Part shown: positions 25,213-38,976 of the stretch, piece after piece
Layout: each line of letters begins with the position of its first letter
Position numbering within the stretch: position 1 is the stretch's first letter
From: Trichosphaerium sp. ATCC 40318
Lineage: Eukaryota > Protista > Tubulinea
DNA length: 64,000 nt
Direction: 5' to 3'
Assembly: GCA_038496445.1 (NCBI GenBank)
Contig: JALMLS010000579.1
Coordinates: 62,001 to 126,000, forward strand
Translations under genes and position numbers: made by a program
Notes under the pieces: model-generated
The model's input: the letters and a program-made list of their open reading frames with translations, nothing else
What the model was told of the DNA's origin: nothing
Database searches by the model: none

Positions 25213-26471
25213 ATGTCGGCTATTCACAACAACAATAAGCGTGTCTACAGTACTTCAACATACAATTGCACTAACAAGTACGTTAATACTCCATCAACAA
25301 CGCCTAAAACGCCCGTGTTCTATTTCAAACAGTCAAAATAGACTGTAAAAGAACGCAAGTTGCAAAAATTTGGGTAATACAACAGTTTGTACCATAAAAA
25401 GTTCGGGCTGTCTCGGGGTTGTACGAGAAAGTACGCATAGAGTAGTTTTCCAACAGAGGGAGAAACAGTAAAACCGATCGCTTTCTGATCGTTTTTTTAC
25501 GCTCAGTGCAACCTCATTCGCTCAGAATTGATACTGAAACATGTTTAAGGGCGAACAGTTTCCTTTAAATCCAAAAACAGACCATTTTTTGGTTTTCGGA
25601 AGATAGAAACAGTTTTTTCGGTTTTTTTTACAATTTGTCTGACCTTACATTTAGTGGCCTTCACTGCCTTGCTGGTCTACCTAAAGGCGTCCAAAGCGAG
25701 ATATATAACTTAGACGATAGAATACATAACATATGGCCGAAATTATGCCGCGTTCTAGCCGTGTGTTCCCGATATACGCCAACTTTACAAAGAAACGGGA
25801 CATTTAAGAAATTTTACCAAAACGATCAAATCAAGACTTTGACGAATTACAAGTCGAATACACGACATGGAAAGCGTATGACATGGTATCCAGATGGTAC
25901 TACTAGAAGCTCATTATCTTACAAGGCCGGTAAGCTTAACGGTAGTCATGTATGTTGGTATTCAAACGGACAAATTGAAAAAAAATGTTGCTTCAAATTA
26001 GGAAAACTTGAAGGTCCTCACGTGCAATGGTTCAAAGACGGACAAATGAGAACAGAAGGGACATATATAAATGATATGATAGAAGGTCCTTATAGGATAT
26101 GGCACGCAAATGGAGAGCTACAAGCTCTTCATTCATGTAAAAATAGTCAAATCGAAGGAGAATACAAATACTGGCATAAGAACGGTCAGTTAGCCTTTCA
26201 TATATTCTGTAAGGATGGTAAGATAGAAGGTCAGTATAAGGAATGGCATATAAACGGTAATCTGTGGAAAGTATGTTTCTACAAGAGCGATAAGATTGAT
26301 GGAGAATATCGTATGTGGCATGTCAATGGGCAGCTTTGGAAGCATTGTTATTACAAGAATGGTGTACTAGAAGGTGAGTATAAAGGGTGGCATGACAATG
26401 GAAGGTTATGGAAGCATTGTTTCTATAAGAGAGGCAAGCAAGCTAGTGTTATCTCAGCGACCTATTGTTAA
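25213..26471 (+). CDS. F-box-like N-terminus plus MORN-variant (MORN_2/YwqK-like) repeats
   Basis: Exon 25213-25277 joins 25654 in phase 2. LAGLPKGVQSEIY..WPKLCR is followed by about nine 24-aa repeats (G.Y..WH.NGQL...C.YK.GK). Confidence 0.85.
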
Positions 26472-26769
26472 ATAAAATAAAAAACTATACTTCAAGAATT
26501 CGCGTAACGATAGCTCCTGGCTTGTTTCTGAGCGCTCTAGGTTCAATTCTTTATATCTGTAACAGTCAGCAAGGCCTGAGTAGAATTGTGAATTAAACAT
26601 CAGCACAATGGGAGCTGTTCTCCTACTAATAGGCTCAACAAAACAAAAATATGTGAAGAATCAAAACGCGAAGTGACGCGACTTTTTTAGGAGACATTTT
26701 TATTGATTTAATTGAAAGATACCCAAACACAGTTAAAAAGATCACCTTCAACTCTTTAAACAACGCCTT

Positions 26770-29086
26770 ATGATACTTATTTTAAGTATAACGCTATTAT
26801 GTGTGTTTATAGCGCTTACGGTTCATAAGAACTGGAAAAAACGCTCTTTAAACCTCCCGCCTAGCCCAATTAGTATCCCTCTGATCGGTCACCTCCATCT
26901 ATGGACAGATCCAAAGAAAATGGTAGAGTACGTCCCCAGAGCGTTTAAAAAATTGCGGTTTGCATATTTAAAGCATCGCCATCTTTGGTAGTTGACTTCT
27001 ACTAGAATTAAAGCTATTTGTATTTTATTTCCAGTTTTGCCTTAAAAGCACTTAAAATACGTTTAGGACAGCTATGATGTATTCCAAGACTCTTGGTGGT
27101 ATATTTAGTATGAATTTTGGAGCTAAAACAGTACGTCAAGCAAGAACTCACAAACCGTTAGATCCAAAATTTTTTTCTGCTACTTCTTTTTTGGGATTGC
27201 TTTTTTCCTTCACGTGCTTTGAACCCAAATTGGTTATAATGCTTTTTTATTGTACCTGAAGTAATTCAAACCGTATTTGTTGATAGTTTTTCGAACTTCG
27301 TAGTTTTCTGGAGTGCAACCGTTTCATCACGTGATTAACCGTTTTTAGATGGTATTTATCGCTGATCCTGATCTTATTAAAGAAGCTGCAACAAAGCATC
27401 GTCAGTTACTTTCGGACAGGTAAGTTAACGATAAGTGGCACGGTAGACTTACTGGAATATAGACCTGTTAATGATTTTCTGGCTTTGAGAATGATATACT
27501 CAACAGATATGAAAGGAGGTAAGATATTAACCCCACAATCAGCTTCATACTCATCTCCTTTGTAGCTTGTGTTATGTCTGATCACAATGACTACCATAGC
27601 AACTACAGGACGCTGTTCAAAAAAGAGTTCGTATCAGGAGAAGGCATGAAGGTAACAAGGTTTCAACAAAAACGTAAATTTCTCACTTTGTTGTAGACTA
27701 TGATGCCAATTATAAACTATGAGATCACAGAGGCATTGAATAACTTACGAGAAAGTTCAGAATCAGGAGAAGTCGTATCAGCCAGTGATGTTTCTTACAG
27801 ATTGACGTTTAATATGATTTCTAAAACACTTTTCAATACACGTGCTTACAAACACGAAGACAAAGATATTGCTGATATATTTGAAATCACACATCAGATT
27901 GTAGAAGAGTCTTTAGTTCCGTTTCTACAAGACTTGTTCCCAGGATGCTCCATATTAGATCAAAAACGAGTGAGTACCTATTTTCCAAAAAACAGAATGG
28001 TTCTTTTTGTTTGGTTGCTCAAGCCTCTAACGTTCCTTTAAGGAAAACAAATTTAAAAAGACGATTGAGGAACGAGATAGGTTGTACAGAAAAGTGATTA
28101 GGCAAGCACGTGATACACATGTTAAGGGAGGAAAAAGACACTGGCTTGATATTATCTTTAATACTATGCCTGAAATTACAGAGGACCAATTAGTTGCCTT
28201 ACTTGTCGATATTATAGCTGCAGGTTTTGACACCACTGCCCATGGATTACAGACGTAAGTATACCAACCTCTTACAATCAATCTTTTTTACATAATAACG
28301 TACTCTAGCGCTGTAACCATGCTTGCAAAATATCCAAAAATTCAATCTGAGCTACGACAAGCATTGAAAGGAATGCATATTCCATCCATGGACCTAAAGG
28401 TAAGCACAGCGTCCTTTCATCAAATGAAATACCACAAGCTATAAAAACTCATTTCAGGAATAAATTCTGCACATACAGCTTGTTGCTATGTCTTACTAGT
28501 TTATAGGACTTACAAGCAATACCATATCTAAAGAATTTTATACAAGAAGTGTTCAGGTTCAAGCCTATATCTCCAATGTTGGTACCACATAAGGCAAGAG
28601 ATAATGTAAATATGGCAGGGTATACTATACCTAAAGGCGTATGTTACTCCTTATCTTGTTTCTTCTTAAATTTTCTCATTTTTTTCTTGAAGGCTGTTGT
28701 GTATCTTGTACATCACAGTGAATGCTATAATGATAAATGGAATAATCCTTCAGAGTTCAATCCAAAGAGATGGGAAGATCCTGCATGTAACATTAACCCT
28801 TTTGGGTAAGTAACACAAGAAAGAGCAAATTGTGAAGCAAAAACACATTTCTGGGAAAAGTTATTGAACATTCTTTACTAACATGCTGTATAGTCAAGGT
28901 ATCAGAAGATGTCCAGGAGAGCGTATCGGTAAAACTCTCTTGTATACAGCAGTAGCTTCTTATGTAAGATATTTCACGTGGACTGAAACAGAAACACCAA
29001 ACTCTACAGCATTTGAGTTTTCTTCAATTCATAAGTTTGCTACAGAACCAAAATTCTATGTTTCAAAAGTTGACACAACCACATGA
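26770..29086 (+). CDS. Cytochrome P450 (ER-anchored)
   Basis: N-terminal anchor, PPSP..PLIGHL, AGFDTT (I helix), EVFR (ExxR), FNPKRW, PFG|QGIRRCPG (heme Cys). Confidence 0.96.
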
Positions 29087-29382
29087 TGATGGAGATGCGC
29101 CTCCAATCAGTACCACAAAAAATCTAAATAACCTTTGGTTAGTACCATTGTTGTACTGTGATGCACAAATAAACGAATAGTAATCAGCAAAATCGATCTA
29201 ATACACGTGACCAAAATGCTGAGAATGTGTCCACCAAACGATGTTCAGTCTTGCGCAGATACTACCTGCAAACTATGGTACCAAGCATGCCACTTGTTGG
29301 CATTGTTCTCAAAAAAATCTGGGCATTGCCAAGGTTGGTACTACTTGTCATTTATTTAGTGAGTACATTCATTGATTAACCT

Positions 29383-30201
29383 TTAAACATGTGAACTAGT
29401 TATTTTTACACTTGAGCTTGGTCCTCTTATCGTTACAAGCAACCTCCAGTTTCCAGTTGGAATAGTAATAGCACGAAATTGTTCGTTATGTTCAACACCA
29501 AGTGTGTTACCGAGGATGCTCAAGGTCACTTGATCTCCAATAAAATTAACACCTTTTGGAGCGCTCTTTATCCCTTGTTTATACTCATTGTTGCCGTACC
29601 AGCCATAAAAAGAAGGCAAGAAATACGGGCTTTTAGCATCTAAAAACCTATCCTTTTCATAATCGTTTAGAATGCCCACACACAACAGGTAGTTGCCAAG
29701 GTTTCTGTCGATCTTTAATTTCCAAGTCACTCTCCTGTAAACATTCGTTCCAAGTAAGTTGTGTACCTCTGTGAGGATATATGTCCTATATGAGAGCAAC
29801 TCAATCTGTGAGCGCGTGGTATATTGCTTGGAGAATGTGTCTAAACTGAGCTTTGTTATCTTGGAAAGACCTAAGAAGTCTACAAGGTTCGCGAACTCTT
29901 CATCTCTGCTACAAGAAGCGAAGGTTGTGGAGATTTCTCTTGAACTCTTCTTTTGCCTGGCAGAAGATCTGAGCACTCTTAAAATTAAGGTAAAGTAATC
30001 TGGGTCAAAGTCCAGGAAGATAGTGCCGTTCTTGTCACGATTATGCTTGTTCCATCGTCCGTTGAACATAATTTCGAGAAAAGAGCCGGGAACACTACAA
30101 AGAGTACGTCTAGTTGTAGTAAAGAGCTTACCACCAATGTTTAACTCTATAATATCGTCATTTGTATCTTCAATAGCCTCGTTTTCTTTCTGTTGTGCCA
30201 T
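29383..30201 (-). CDS. Intronless KCTD-type BTB/POZ protein with beta-rich (SPRY-like) C-terminus
   Basis: IIELNIGGKLFTTTRRTL..PGSFLEIMFNG..IFLDFDPDYFTLILRVLR. First in-frame ATG at 30201. Confidence 0.88.
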   Translation of the reverse strand: MAQQKENEAIEDTNDDIIELNIGGKLFTTTRRTLCSVPGSFLEIMFNGRWNKHNRDKNGTIFLDFDPDYFTLILRVLRSSARQKKSSREISTTFASCSRDEEFANLVDFLGLSKITKLSLDTFSKQYTTRSQIELLSYRTYILTEVHNLLGTNVYRRVTWKLKIDRNLGNYLLCVGILNDYEKDRFLDAKSPYFLPSFYGWYGNNEYKQGIKSAPKGVNFIGDQVTLSILGNTLGVEHNEQFRAITIPTGNWRLLVTIRGPSSSVKITSSHV

Positions 30202-30692
30202 TTGTAAGATTGAGTTTATTTGGGGTTTTGTGTTTGCGTTGGAGTTCTTTTTCTCAGTGCTCCCACAGTGGACTAAGTTGTTTGGTACAAAAATAATTAT
30301 GTTTTTTAGTTTTATCACGTGACTTTGTTGATTCGTGGTTTTGATAAGCAAATCAAAGTACTATTAAAGAACAGTGGTGGGCTTGCACTGACATCACCTG
30401 CACAGGACTAGAACATTGTTTGATGGACACATTCTCAGTAATTGTGGTTGGCCATTGAAAGTAGACTTTTTTTATTATTTTGCCTTTCTCACCATCTAAA
30501 AAGGTATGTACAAATTTTGATAAATGCCTTTGCGTAACAGAGGAGTAGTGAAGTTGCGTATGGGATCTTGAGGTAGAGAAAAAAAATAGAAGAAAGAGCA
30601 TAACACCAAACCAATGCGTAAAAAAATTTGGGCTGATTTTTTTGGTGTTTTTCTTTTCCTCTTTTTTTTCCCTGTTGTTGTTGTTGTGTTGT

Positions 30693-33600
30693 TTAATACA
30701 CACGCTTGAATGGTGCAACGTGCTTCATCTCATCATCAAGAGGTTGGTCATGAACTGGTCTGTAGTCGAGTTTGACACTACCATCTTTGTTAAGGTAGGA
30801 CAAAGTGTGTTTCATCCAGTTTTCGTCGTCACGTTCCTATAACAATCAGTAAGAAAAACAAAAACTTATTGACTCGTTAACACCAACAAAAAACCAACAA
30901 GAACGAAAACACCAACTGAGAGAAGCGAACACAGACCCCTCAGTTAACAAGTCTTTGCAAAAAAAAAAATTTCTGTTGATCAACATGACGTACAGTGAAA
31001 TCTTCACGGGCATGAGCACCACGAGATTCTTTTCTGTTGTATGCAGAATGCATGGTTAAACGAGCGTTAACCATAAGATTTTGAAGTGCGAGAGAATCGA
31101 TAAGATCAGTGTTCCTAAACAGAAGACCATAAGAATAAGAAAAAGCAAAAAAAACGGTGAACATACCATGTACGAGAACGATCGTATGTTTTAATATCCT
31201 TGAGTTTCTCCCAGCATTCATCAATCTTCTTAACACCCTCAGCCATAACTTCTTCATTCCTAAGTCATTAATGTAAGTAACAAGAAGTTGAAAAAAAATG
31301 GAAACAAACCAAAGTTTGCTTTCAAAAAAAAAAAATTACCTGAATACAGCACAGTGATTTTGCATAGTACGTTGCATGTCATCACGGATATCAGCTGTAG
31401 GTGTATTTCCCTTGGAGTTAAGGAGGCTATCCAAATTGGCAATACTCTCTTCTCCAGTGCTAGCCTTCAAAGGTTTATGAGTCTCACCTGGCTTCATGAG
31501 TTCAGCGACTCTAATTAAAAACATTAGAAAAAATGAAACAAAAGGAAGAACAAACCTCAAAGCAGTAGCTCTGCCGAATACGACAATATCAAGCAAAGAG
31601 TTAGCGCCAAGTCTGTTGGCACCATGTACACTAGGTACAGCAGCTTCACCGGCAGCTAAGACACCAGGAATAACAGTATCTGGGCTAGCATCCTATATTA
31701 AAAAAAAAGTAAGTCTCTTTATACCGGACTTCGTTTCCGGAGTTAATACTTACAGTCTTTGTGAGACACTCGCCAAGATGATTAGTTGGGATACCACCCA
31801 TATTGTAGTGAACAGTAGGGAGGACAGGAATAGGATCTTTGTTGACATCAACACCTAGAAAAAAAAAACTTAGAGACCGGAAAAATGTCGGAGAAATAAC
31901 AGGTTTCATAGACAACAAAACATACCAGAAAAGATCTTAGCTGTCTCGGAAATACCAGGAAGACGTTCAGCAAGATGCTCTAAAAAAACCGTTAAATTAT
32001 TTCTACATACGTAATAACTAAAAGTGTAAAAAAGAAAAAAAAATAAATAGAAATAAATAAGTAGAACTCTTTCAACAAAAGCTGTACCTTTTGGAAGATG
32101 GCTGAGGTTCAATAAGATGTGGTCTTTACGTGGTCCAACACCTCTACCTTCCCTATAAAAATATGTCAGACTCATACAACGACATAGAAATTCATCAAAA
32201 CGTACATAATCTCAATAGTCATTGATCTAGATACAACATCACGACTGGCCAAATCCTTGGCTGTAGGAGCATAACGTTCCATGAAACGTTCTCCATCGCT
32301 GTTGAGTAGGTAACCACCTTCTCCTCTGGCACCTTCAGTGATCAAACAACCAACACCGTATACACCAGTAGGGTGAAATTGAACGAATTCCATATCTTGC
32401 ATTGGGAATCCAGCACGGGCCAACATGGCGTTTCCGTCACCAGTACAAGAGTGTGCAGATGTGCAAGAGAAGTAAGCACGTCCATAACCCTACGAGAATA
32501 CAAGTCAGATCGATTTCTAAGAGTGTAAAACAACCCTCTCTTGAAAAGAAACGAAAATTTTAACGAAATTATCAAAAATATTTGCTCTGAGGTTCACGTA
32601 CGCCTGTAGCGAGGATAGTTTGGTGGGACCTGAATCTGTGTAGGGATCCATCTTCAATATTCATGGCAAGAACACCACGTACAACGCCATCTTCAACAAG
32701 AAGATCTAAAGCGAAATATTCTACAAAAAACTTGCAGTCATGTTTGACAGCTTGACCGTATAGTGTATGTAATAAAGCATGACCTGTACGATCAGCAGCA
32801 CATGCAGTACGCATAGCTTGACCACCTAGAAGCGAAAGAAAATCAGTAAAAAAAGAATATCCAGAAATTTATTTCGTAAGACGGGATAAAACGGAATCCC
32901 CTTCCTTTGTAGGTTCGGAAATGCGGTTAGTACCTTTGCCGTATTCTAAGCTTTGTCCGCCAAAAGCACGTTGATAGATTTTACCATCCTTTGTGCGGGA
33001 AAATGGTACACCATAGTGCTCTAACTCAACGACAGCGCGAGGAGCCTCTCTAACATGGTTTCGTAAGATTAAGGTATTTTTTTCTTGTGAGTTTTTTTTG
33101 GCTTACCTGCACATGTATTGAATAGCATCTTGATCACCGAGCCAATCCGAACCTATACGAAATGAGTCGCGAAGTTTTAATTTTGAAGAAAACTAAATTC
33201 AATTGTTTTTTAGCGCTTATATTAAAGTATTGAACACGCTATTAGCATGCATACAGTTTGTAAGCGGAAGTAAGAAAATACGTAAGCTTTACCTTTAACA
33301 GTGTCATACGCATGCCAACGCCAATCATCTTCTGACATGTTACCCAAAGCAGCGTTTACACCACCCTTTACGTCAAATTAACAAAAATGAAGATAATGAA
33401 TTAACAAGTCACTAACTTGTGCGGCTACTGTGTGAGATCTAGTTGGGAAGAGTTTGGTAATACAAGCTGTAGAGTATCCTTCTTCTACCAAACCTACTAC
33501 TGCTCGCAAACCGGCGCCACCGGCTCCAACTACAAGCGCATCGTATGAATGATCAACGACGGTGTATTTGCTCGATATTTGTGACTATACGATCATTACC

Positions 33601-33765
33601 AAAAAACAATTGAATTTAACAAACCTGTGGGTCTTTTGATACTTCTGGGGTTGATTTAGCGATAACATCTCTAGGTGCTACTGATTTATGGAAAGCACGC
33701 TTGGTCTGTCTGTGTCTGACAGCACTTGTTTGTAATTTGGTACCGTAACGAAGGCCACGCAACAT
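30693..33765 (-). CDS. SDHA: Mitochondrial succinate dehydrogenase flavoprotein subunit
   Basis: Presequence, [60 protein letters not shown]. Fifteen exons, all GT-AG. Confidence 0.98.
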
Positions 33766-33942
33766 ATTAGGTTTTCTCGTTTCTACTTTATGCTCGCTTA
33801 TGCAGTTAAGCTGCTTTCTTTGCAAGTCAAAACTACAGGCTAATTTATTTACCCGTTACCTAGGAAAGGCGTATTACCTACTACGAAATTATACAACGTA
33901 CTCTTATTCACAAGAGCATCTTTTTGGTACATATACAAACTT

Positions 33943-35009
33943 ATGGAACAGGACGGAAGGCTAATTCCATGCAATGATTCCAAAAACGCGCCTCTTGCAA
34001 AAAAAAAGCTAACGGATGATGACGTACGCCGAAAAATCAGACTTAAAATTTTTTTATTTTTTTATTGGTTTGTAACGTTTGGATATAGCACAAAATACTA
34101 TCAAGCATTACTACATTGCTCCAACAAGGTTTTGCCATAATTAACCAGTCATCCGTTGGAGATAAAGAACTAGCCACCAAAGTGCTTTCAACAGCCGTTA
34201 ACTCATGGGCCGTTTACGCCAATCAGAGCAAAGAATATGAAAAGGAAATATGGGATACACACATTGAAAGAATGAATGAACAAATAGCTCGGTTGCTCTC
34301 TACAAACTTTGCGCTTTGTCATGATCTTTTATTATTGATTGCAAAATCACTTGACTTTCCTACAATAGAAAAAGCTAGAAGCGTATGTAAAAGGTGGAGA
34401 CAAGAACTGGGCGTTTCAAGCGTGTACAGAGCAAAGATTAGCGAAATATTTAATATGTCACAAGCCAAAATTGGCGTTTTGGACGAATCTCTCACGTGGA
34501 GGAGAGTATGTACTTGTATACATACAAGTACAAAGTATACAATGAAAGCAGGTAGTACTGATATTGGGAGAGAATTATTTAAAAAACTAGATGGGAGATT
34601 GCTACAACCTATAAAAGAGAAGGAATCACTCATTGATGCGAATAATAGATCAACGGAGTATTTATCGGTTTATGTCTTTTACAAGCCAGCAAGGCCTTTC
34701 TTATTAGAGATGGGGTGTACATCACGTCATAAGGTTACAGAAGCGTATTGGATAAGTTTTAAATCAATCGATGAAGCAGACCAGATTCAATTAGTTTATT
34801 TGAGCTCAATTTACAAAAAAAAAAACTTCAATTTCTGGGGTTTACAAGAATTTTGTAAGAGCTTAGACTTAGACATGACGGTAGACCAAGACCTTTCGGA
34901 GTCTTTTAAAAGATCTTTTATTCATACATTTGGCGATATATTCAACCAAACTAGTCTAGGAGAATGTCAGATAAGCATTAGCGAATATTACAGGGAATGT
35001 TTCTTTTAA
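33943..35009 (+). CDS. F-box protein
   Basis: Two exons; LCHDLLLLIAKSLDFPTIEKARSVCKRWRQ. Confidence 0.8.
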
Positions 35010-35278
35010 ATAAAAATGTCATTTTTGGCTCTTTATGACGGAAAAAAAAAACGTTTACCGCTCTATGTATAAGTCTAAGAAACCTGGGTAGTAATCTCGC
35101 GGGATTGGTCGATGGAAAGGGGGTTGTGATTATACTATTCTTTGGCAGCACCAAGATTTTGAATTTGATTTCTGTTTTCAATAAAAAATAGTATTCGTTT
35201 CCTATGTCTTACTTCTTCCTTCTTTCTTAACCTTCGTAGAAATGATCGTCAATCAGTACATAATTATCACGTGTACAA

Positions 35279-36773
35279 CTACGGTGTATGTAGACACTTT
35301 TTTATAGCGATACTGAGTGACCTACAAAAGTGAGCGAAAAAGCAGATGAAAGTGAGAAATGTAGGAAAAAAACAAGCAAAAAAAAAAAGTATCTTACCTC
35401 TGTTTCGACCTTGCTGTGTATTTACCACTAAACCGTTGCCAATCCCATTTATGGTTTGGGTAAACGATACCAAGAGCTTCTGGCCAATACGCAAGTAAAC
35501 CTCGAGCACCAAGTTGATTTATTTGTAGCCCAGAAACGCGATACCTGATAGAAAAAAAAGTTATTAAATACAGAAGTTTTTGATTTAATTGGGATTTCTT
35601 GATAAAACGGTAAAAAAATTACTACGCATACCAACCATCCAAGTTTGTTAGGTTTAACCTTTTAGCTACTGATTCTAGAAACCGTACTACAGTTGATGTG
35701 TCCCTCCAGTTATATCTATCCTTTAATACCCAATCATGCTCTGGATAGATAGATCTCAAGCAAAGAGTCAAGGAGTCACTGTAACTGTGAAAAAGTTATG
35801 TCAGTTCATTTTTGTTTTTTCGGTTTTTTTTTGGTATACTTGACGTACAATGAGAGTATGCCTCCTCCAGCGCTACCGTAAATAGATTTCTTTGGAACTT
35901 GGAGCCAACCGTCAAGTTGTTTAATATCAAGGCGTTGAGCAACAGCATTCATTGCTGATCTTTGGTTTTTCATGTCATTGAAATATGCTGTTGGTGAGCG
36001 TCTACAGTAGTTATTAGTACCCTGTTGTAGCTGTAACCAATTGAGATTGTACGTGAATAACCATGGTTCCCAATTATGTTCAGGGTACACTGTATTTAAA
36101 CATGAAGCCAGTGAGTCATTGTACCTTTTAAGAAGGTGAGATTAACAAAAAAAACTTCTTGCAAAAAAAAAGGCGTGCTGGATGGTTTCGCGTACATTCG
36201 CACAATTCCACCACCACCTATGGCAATCATATCACCCTTGGTTATAGTATACCAATCATCAAGAAGCTTGATATTGAGCAATCTGCCAAAATCATCAAAA
36301 GCTCCTCTTTGATTAGTAAGGCTTTTCCAGCAATTCTCTGGTATGTACCTAGCGTGGTAGACTTAGTGTGTTATAATAAAGCTAGAAAGTATGTCACCAA
36401 AAACGCACACAAACCGCCATGGTTTCCACACGTGTTCTGGGTACAAAGTAGAAAGACATTTGTAAACTGATGCGCTGTATCTTGTGAAGGGTTAGTAGGC
36501 TAGTCGTGAAAGGGCTACGTACTGATTAAGCATTTTTTTAGAGCCCATAGCCACAAGAACAGCGTAAGTTACACTGTACCACTCATTTATCGTGAATACA
36601 TCAATTTTGGGCGCTATTGTATTCAAATACTCTCTGTGTGCAAGTTGTTGCGTTGAATAAGCTCTAGACTGCGTTTTTAAGCTCACAAAACTCTCAGTAA
36701 GTCCCTGTATTAAATGTAATGTAAATAATTTAACGCAATCGCATTTTACGGTTCGAGTACGCATTTTCAGCAT
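35279..36773 (-). CDS. Uncharacterised ~70-aa tandem-repeat protein (WY.V...GG.G.L..Y..SL..CL...YPEH.W), probable mitochondrial presequence
   Basis: Four repeats after splicing, with introns at recurring positions. Basic N-terminus ending SRAYST. Confidence 0.8.
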
Positions 36774-36912
36774 TCCCAGAGTGGTTGTTTACCTTTTTTA
36801 GCGTATTGTGCTTTATAACCTTCATAATGAATGATTTACCAAGAGTGTCACCAAAAGGGTTAAATGTCAAGCTTTCAAACACATTTTTATTAATACTTTG
36901 ACATTACAAGAC

Positions 36913-37878
36913 CTACTCTTGCTTTTTCGCAGGCTCTTTTGCCTTTTTATATATTATCTCCTTTTCTCCCTCCTTGTGACTGGCATACCTTGCACTGACG
37001 AACAAGAAATCGCTCAACCTAACGGATGATTAACAAAGGCGGATAAGCAAAGTTAAATTGTACCTGTTGATGTATTTATACACAGAAGCGTCTACTTCAT
37101 TAGCCTAAGGAGGAATTATAAACATGTCAAATGTCAAATTTGGATGTACCTCATAAAGCGGTAAAACCTCCCGTTCTACTCTTCTACAAACTGCTCGAGC
37201 TACGTGTAAATTAGATGCAGTACATCCACCACCCTATAAGGACTTTTAGAGGTCGCTAAAGCAACAAGACTGACGGGCAGAATAAAATTTTTGAGAGGAG
37301 GTAGATTCTCATCCATATTGTCAATCCATCGTTCTAAAGTAGCAGTATTCTCTTCACCAAAGCTTGTTCTATCTGCGGGCGATGAGTTGACGAGAATGAC
37401 AGTAAATGTAATCATTACCAAGACGTTTTTGGTCAGAATTGACGCGAGGCGTAGCTATATGCGATCCAATGTCCATCAAACGCGATTGGACCTTCAAAAA
37501 CTGTCAGCGGAACAATTTTGATTTCTACGCTACCTCTTCAAGGTATGATACAATGTCTACGCTTGCCATACGCGCGTGTGTTGCTGAAACGCTAAGTAAA
37601 CTAGTTAGGGTGGAGAAATAGGCTTTTTTTCCATGTGTACCCAATATGAGCGTTTAATTCATCAGTGGCTCCTAGTGCTTGAAACACTTGATGGGTTTTA
37701 GGTTTTCTTTCGCCGTTAAATAAGCTTGATGTTCCTTTATCCCCAGTTTTTGTATAAACCTTGACACTACGCTTGTTAGAACCTAACTGAAGATACGGTT
37801 TTAAAATTAATGCCTTCTGTAACTTTTTCGCGTTGTAGCCCTAGAATTGCACGCTTTGCGCACTCCAATGCGTAACAT
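36913..37878 (-). CDS. MMAB: PduO-type cob(I)alamin adenosyltransferase, mitochondrial
   Basis: [65 protein letters not shown]. Confidence 0.95.
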
Positions 37879-38125
37879 AACAAAAGGTGGTTTTTTAAAA
37901 GCCAAGAATGATAAAACTCTAAAGTCTAAACTTAACAAAGTTTAAGCTCAATCACGTGACACGGATTTGGTGACGTCTAAACAAAGCCACTCCTTTAAAA
38001 CATGATATATAATTGTTGGTTATGTTATCTCTTGATCCAAAGAAATTACGGGCAGCTATTGGTGTAGTTATTACTTTTTTGATTTGAACGAAATGCCTTC
38101 CAAACAAAAAAGATGTCATCTTTAT

Positions 38126-38799
38126 TTAGTGTACTTTTGGTTTCTGGTCCTCTGCTACAAATCCAAAGTACAAGTTCAAAGCTGCGAAAAATCCACAAAC
38201 ACCTGAGTACATTTTTTAGAAAACATTTCGCACAAGTGATTGAAATGATGTTAACGGCCACCAATCGACATAAAAAATTTGCGTACCAACTTGACCCATT
38301 AGGTAGGAAGTATGCCATGCTCCAAACCATTCATTGCCAATCATGAGGTAGGTACCTTTTTAATATTGTTAGACAACAGTTTGTTCAACAATCAGATTAA
38401 AATACCTTGAGCAAGAGCGATGTAAAAAATAGCGCTAAAAAGTGTCAGACAGCTGAGTCATTTTTGTAAAACCTTCATGTTAGTCCGTACAGTGATCGTG
38501 CTACCATTTTTTTAGCGTTGTATGAGGTTAAACTAGCTGCTTGAATTGCTAGAAGTGAAAGAGCCAGAAACGCAGCGCTAAACTGTATTATATAAGAAAT
38601 ACTTGGCTTTGGTTTACCCCCATCCTGCTAGTAGCCCTACTGAAGGACCTGTGTACTTCTCGTCCAAAATTAACTTCAAAACCGTTGTAGGCTTCAAATA
38701 CATTACCTACTACCAATCAGACGCGTGCTTAGGTAAATGTACCTGTACCAAACTAAGCGGTAATAGTATAAAGCCTTGTAGTTGAAGAATACGGTCCAT
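38126..38799 (-). CDS. Small (~128 aa) multi-pass membrane protein, unknown function
   Basis: Six short exons splice in frame to MDRILQLQGFILLPLSLVQ|VMYL..AGWG|AAFLALSLLAIQAA..|AIFYIALAQ|GTYL..|ALNLYFGFVAEDQKPKVH*. It is absent from the ORF track. Confidence 0.7.
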
Positions 38800-38976
38800 A
38801 CAATGTCTGGTTTGTATTATTGCGTTTTTTCAACAAAATGACGAAAAGAACAGCGTTGAAATAACGCATATTCAAAGGATTTGTAAGTAACGCTTAGAAC
38901 ACTTTGTACGAGCTGAGTACGCCACTTCCTCAAATTTCACAAAGGAGAACTGAGAAAAAAACGTAAAAAGCCTGCC

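Noticed and set aside
25213-30201. Intron-poor MORN and BTB genes as an integrated giant-virus segment
   Set aside because: They are interspersed with intron-rich host genes, there are no NCLDV core genes or boundaries, and the MORN genes have host-type introns.
37769-37822. Possible fourth GC-AG intron in MMAB (AG|GCATTA...CTAACAAGCGTAG)
   Set aside because: A canonical 41-nt GT-AG alternative also restores the frame, so this cannot be decided without cDNA.
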